DNA of 17,311 nucleotides from an uncultured bacterium (GTDB lineage Bacteria; Lernaellota; Lernaellaia; Lernaellales; Lernaellaceae): NCBI GenBank assembly GCA_964534375.1, contig CAZHPN010000135.1, positions 1 to 17,311 of the forward strand, read 5' to 3'. Shown piece by piece: positions 14,582 to 17,311 of this stretch (position 1 is its first letter; each line of letters starts with the position of its first letter). The notes under the pieces were generated by a model. It saw only the letters and a program-made list of their open reading frames with translations, ran no database searches and was not told where the DNA came from. The position numbers and the translations under genes were made by a program.

Positions 14582-15943
14582 CTAGCTCAGCGGCAGCACA
14601 AACCGGACCAGTAGACCGCCGCCGGCCCGCGGCAGCGCCGCGATGCGGCCGCCGTGTGCCTCGACGATGCGCTTGCACAGGGTAAGCCCCAGGCCGAGGC
14701 CGGCGCCTTTCCGGTCGGCCTGGGCGGAGCGGAAAAAAGGCTCGAACAAGAGCGGCAGTTCGTCCGCCGGCACGCCGCCGCCGCGATCCGCGATCTCCAC
14801 GGCAATCGCGTTCGACTCCAACGCTGCACTGATCTCGATCGGCGCGGAACGGTCGCCGTACTTCGCGGCATTGTCGAGCAGGTTTTCGATGACCCGCCGC
14901 AGGAGCGCGCCGTCGGCGTTGAGCGACGGCAGACCGACCGCGCCGCGCACCGCCGCACGCGCGTTCGCTTGGGCGGCGTTGAATTTCTCGGCGGCGTCGC
15001 GCAGCAACGCCGCGAAATCGAGCGGTTCGCGCCGCAGTTGATATTGCTTGCCGCCCCCGGGCGCGGCGTCGAGGCGGAACGTGGTCAGCGCGTCGCCGAC
15101 CAGCGCTTCCAACTCCGCCAGGTCGCCGTCGATGCCGCCGAGCAGGCCGCGAATTCGTTCGACGCCGACATCCTCTTCGGCGCAGAGTTCCACCGCGACG
15201 CGGATGCGCGACAACGGCGTACGCAACTCGTGCGAAATGTTCGCCAGCAGTTCTTTTTCGCGGCGGACCATGGTCTGAATCTGGCCGCCCATCTCGTTGA
15301 ACGTGACGGCGAGCTGCCCGATTTCGTCGCGTCGGCGAATGGCCGTGCGGGCCGACAGATCGCCCGCGCCGAACGCCATCGCCTGCTTCTTCAGGCGATT
15401 CAAGGGGCGCGAGATGTCCCACGCCAGCAAGGCGGAGAGCGACATGACGGCGACGATCAAAATCGCCAAAAAGCCGAGCACGCGGTGCAGATGCCGGCCG
15501 GCCGGGACGCCGACGAGCAACACGGCGCGGTCGCCCGCCGCGCTTTGCAACGGCATGGCGAAACCGAAGGCGAATCGGATGCGGAGAAGCTGCGGCGTCG
15601 ACAACGCCGCGGCGACGCCGGGCGGCAGCGGCGGCATCGGCGCCGCGCCGGCGCTCGCCAGCCGCGTGCCGTCGAGGCGATAGATGGTCGCCGACAACTC
15701 CGAGTCGGCGGCCAGATGCGTCAGCCGCGCCTGCAAACGCACCGGATCGTCGAGCAGCGCGGCCGATCCTTCGCCGAACTGGCGGCCGATGAAGCGCGGC
15801 ATCCGGTACCAGGCCGTGTGGCTTTCGAAAAACACCGCGACGAGCGCGCCGGCGATCGCGATCAACACGAAAAAGATCAGACTGATCGAGAATATGCGGG
15901 CAAAAATCCGGCTGTGGACGCGCGGTTCCGCAAGCGGCCTCAT
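14582..15943 (-). CDS. HAMP-domain sensor histidine kinase
   Basis: Two TM segments, HAMP (RPLNRL...DEIGQLAVTFNEM), H-box ISHELRTPL, N-box ENLLDNAAKY, DRGGG, FEPFFR and GLGLGL. The ATG at 15943 overlaps the regulator stop (ATGA). Confidence 0.93.
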   Translation of the reverse strand: MRPLAEPRVHSRIFARIFSISLIFFVLIAIAGALVAVFFESHTAWYRMPRFIGRQFGEGSAALLDDPVRLQARLTHLAADSELSATIYRLDGTRLASAGAAPMPPLPPGVAAALSTPQLLRIRFAFGFAMPLQSAAGDRAVLLVGVPAGRHLHRVLGFLAILIVAVMSLSALLAWDISRPLNRLKKQAMAFGAGDLSARTAIRRRDEIGQLAVTFNEMGGQIQTMVRREKELLANISHELRTPLSRIRVAVELCAEEDVGVERIRGLLGGIDGDLAELEALVGDALTTFRLDAAPGGGKQYQLRREPLDFAALLRDAAEKFNAAQANARAAVRGAVGLPSLNADGALLRRVIENLLDNAAKYGDRSAPIEISAALESNAIAVEIADRGGGVPADELPLLFEPFFRSAQADRKGAGLGLGLTLCKRIVEAHGGRIAALPRAGGGLLVRFVLPLS

Positions 15944-16629
15944 TTGCCGGACCGCGCGATGAATTGGTAACCCATGCCGCGAATCGTTTTGATGCGTTGC
16001 GGCCGGCGCGGGTCGTCGCCAAGCTTCTGCCGCAGCCGCGAAATGTGCACGTCGATCGAGCGGTCGAACGCTTCCTCGCAATTTCCCTTCGCCAAATCCA
16101 TCAATTGCTCGCGCGACAACACACGGCCGGCGCGCTCGGCGAGCGCGTAGAGCAAGGAAAACTCGTAGGCCGTGAGTTCGAGCGGCCGCCCGCCGAGCGT
16201 CGCCGTCCGCGACGCCGGATCGAGCGTCAAATCCGCGATCTCCACCGCCGGCGACCGCGGCCCGCTCGGCGCCCGCGTGCGACGCAGCAGCGCTTGAATC
16301 CGCGCCAGCAACTCGCGCGGCGAAAAGGGCTTGGGCACGTAATCGTCGGCGCCGAGTTCGAGGCCGAGGACGCGGTCGGCTTCCTCGCCGCGCGCCGTCA
16401 GCATGATGATCGGAATGTCCGAGAGCGCGCGAATTTCGCGGCAGACGTCGAAGCCGCTTTTGCCGGGCAGCATCACATCGAGCAGCACCACGTCGAATCG
16501 TCGCCGGCGCGCGACGGCCAACGCGGCCTCGCCGTCGGCGACGGCTTCCACCGCCGCGCCGTGCCGTTCGAGATATTCGCGCGTCAGGCCGGCCAGCCGC
16601 GCGTCGTCTTCGACCAGAAGAATATGCAT
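15940..16629 (-). CDS. OmpR/PhoB-family response regulator
   Basis: LLVEDD, LLDVMLP, MLTARG, ADDYVPKPF, and winged helix DRSIDVHISRLRQKL...TIRGMGY. Confidence 0.95.
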   Translation of the reverse strand: MHILLVEDDARLAGLTREYLERHGAAVEAVADGEAALAVARRRRFDVVLLDVMLPGKSGFDVCREIRALSDIPIIMLTARGEEADRVLGLELGADDYVPKPFSPRELLARIQALLRRTRAPSGPRSPAVEIADLTLDPASRTATLGGRPLELTAYEFSLLYALAERAGRVLSREQLMDLAKGNCEEAFDRSIDVHISRLRQKLGDDPRRPQRIKTIRGMGYQFIARSGK

Positions 16630-16723
16630 CAACGGAACCATACGGCAAATTACCACGCTGCGGGCCGGAATTCACGGGCGAAGGCGCGCCCCAACGACGC
16701 GCCCGCGCCCGCGGTTCCGCCCC

Positions 16724-17176
16724 CTATTTCTGCGCCATGTGCGCTTCGATCACCGCCGCGATCTGGTTGCGCTGCTCGGATTGGAACACCCCATGCAACC
16801 GCGCCGCCGCGTCGACCGCGGCATGCACCAGTCCCTCGAATTCCTCGAGCCGCGTGTCGACCAGCGCGTTGACGGCGGCCATGTCGGGCTGGTCGCTCTT
16901 CCATTGCGCGAGCAGCGCCGCGTGCGTCCCTTGGCAAGAATCGTGAAACGCCTTGACTTGCGCATGCACGTCGTCAATAGCGGCAAAGACGGCCTGTTTC
17001 TGTTCGGGCGTCGCCTGGACCTGGTCGAGCACGCCGTCGACGCGTTTCATCGCCATGGCGAACATCGCCTCGCGCGACGCCTCGGTCATCCCGTGATGCC
17101 GGCAGCCGCCCAGCGCGACCAGCGTCGCCGCCAGAGCAATCGCCAGCACGGTCCACTGAATTGCCTTTCGTTTCAT
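16724..17176 (-). CDS. Spy/CpxP-like helical periplasmic lipoprotein
   Basis: Lipobox LGGC and LTxxQ-like motifs (ATPEQK, QSEQR). It lies upstream of an OmpR/HK pair, as in CpxP-like loci. Confidence 0.65.
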   Translation of the reverse strand: MKRKAIQWTVLAIALAATLVALGGCRHHGMTEASREAMFAMAMKRVDGVLDQVQATPEQKQAVFAAIDDVHAQVKAFHDSCQGTHAALLAQWKSDQPDMAAVNALVDTRLEEFEGLVHAAVDAAARLHGVFQSEQRNQIAAVIEAHMAQK

Positions 17177-17311
17177 GTTCGGATCCTTTCCGCAAATCGT
17201 TTTTCGTTTTGCCGCAACGAAGCAACCACTGCGCCGCCGCGACTTACGGGATGAAAAATAGGACGGCCGTGTGTCCCGCGTTTGTCGCGATTGTTAAGAA
17301 AGATGAAGCAA

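Noticed and set aside
15944..16675. N-terminal 244-aa extension of the histidine kinase ORF
   Set aside because: It overlaps the response regulator in another frame. The ATGA coupling at 15940-15943 gives the real start.
17293..17308. GTTAAG-N4-ATGAAG direct repeat as an OmpR/CpxR-type box
   Set aside because: Plausible location, but degenerate and at the window edge, so support is insufficient.

Overview
GC-rich bacterial window; the sigma54 regulators and Asp-rich lipoproteins suggest a deltaproteobacteria-like organism, which is inference only. On the + strand: the C-terminus of a sigma54 activator, a Tat-signal AmmeMemoRadiSam-type radical SAM enzyme, an Asp-rich lipoprotein with an FGE/SUMF1 domain, a GT-C-like membrane protein and an MFS transporter. 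On the - strand: an operon of mgtA-like P-type ATPase, HD protein, small membrane protein, Zn-alcohol dehydrogenase and a PilZ/alpha-beta hydrolase fusion. Further along are two small - strand ORFs, queC (+), and a Spy/CpxP-like lipoprotein with an OmpR-family regulator and HAMP histidine kinase (-). The most notable signal is absent from the ORF track: at 13912-14523 a ~330-bp unit is tandemly duplicated. Each copy has a TTAC-N5-GTAA palindrome, an AT-rich IHF-like tract, a sigma54 -24/-12 promoter, a strong RBS and a paralogous 26-38 aa membrane peptide. Several intergenic regions hold 7- and 9-mer tandem repeats arranged as palindromes. One palindrome is split by a 220-bp insertion without target duplication, and one inverted heptamer pair brackets a small membrane-protein gene.
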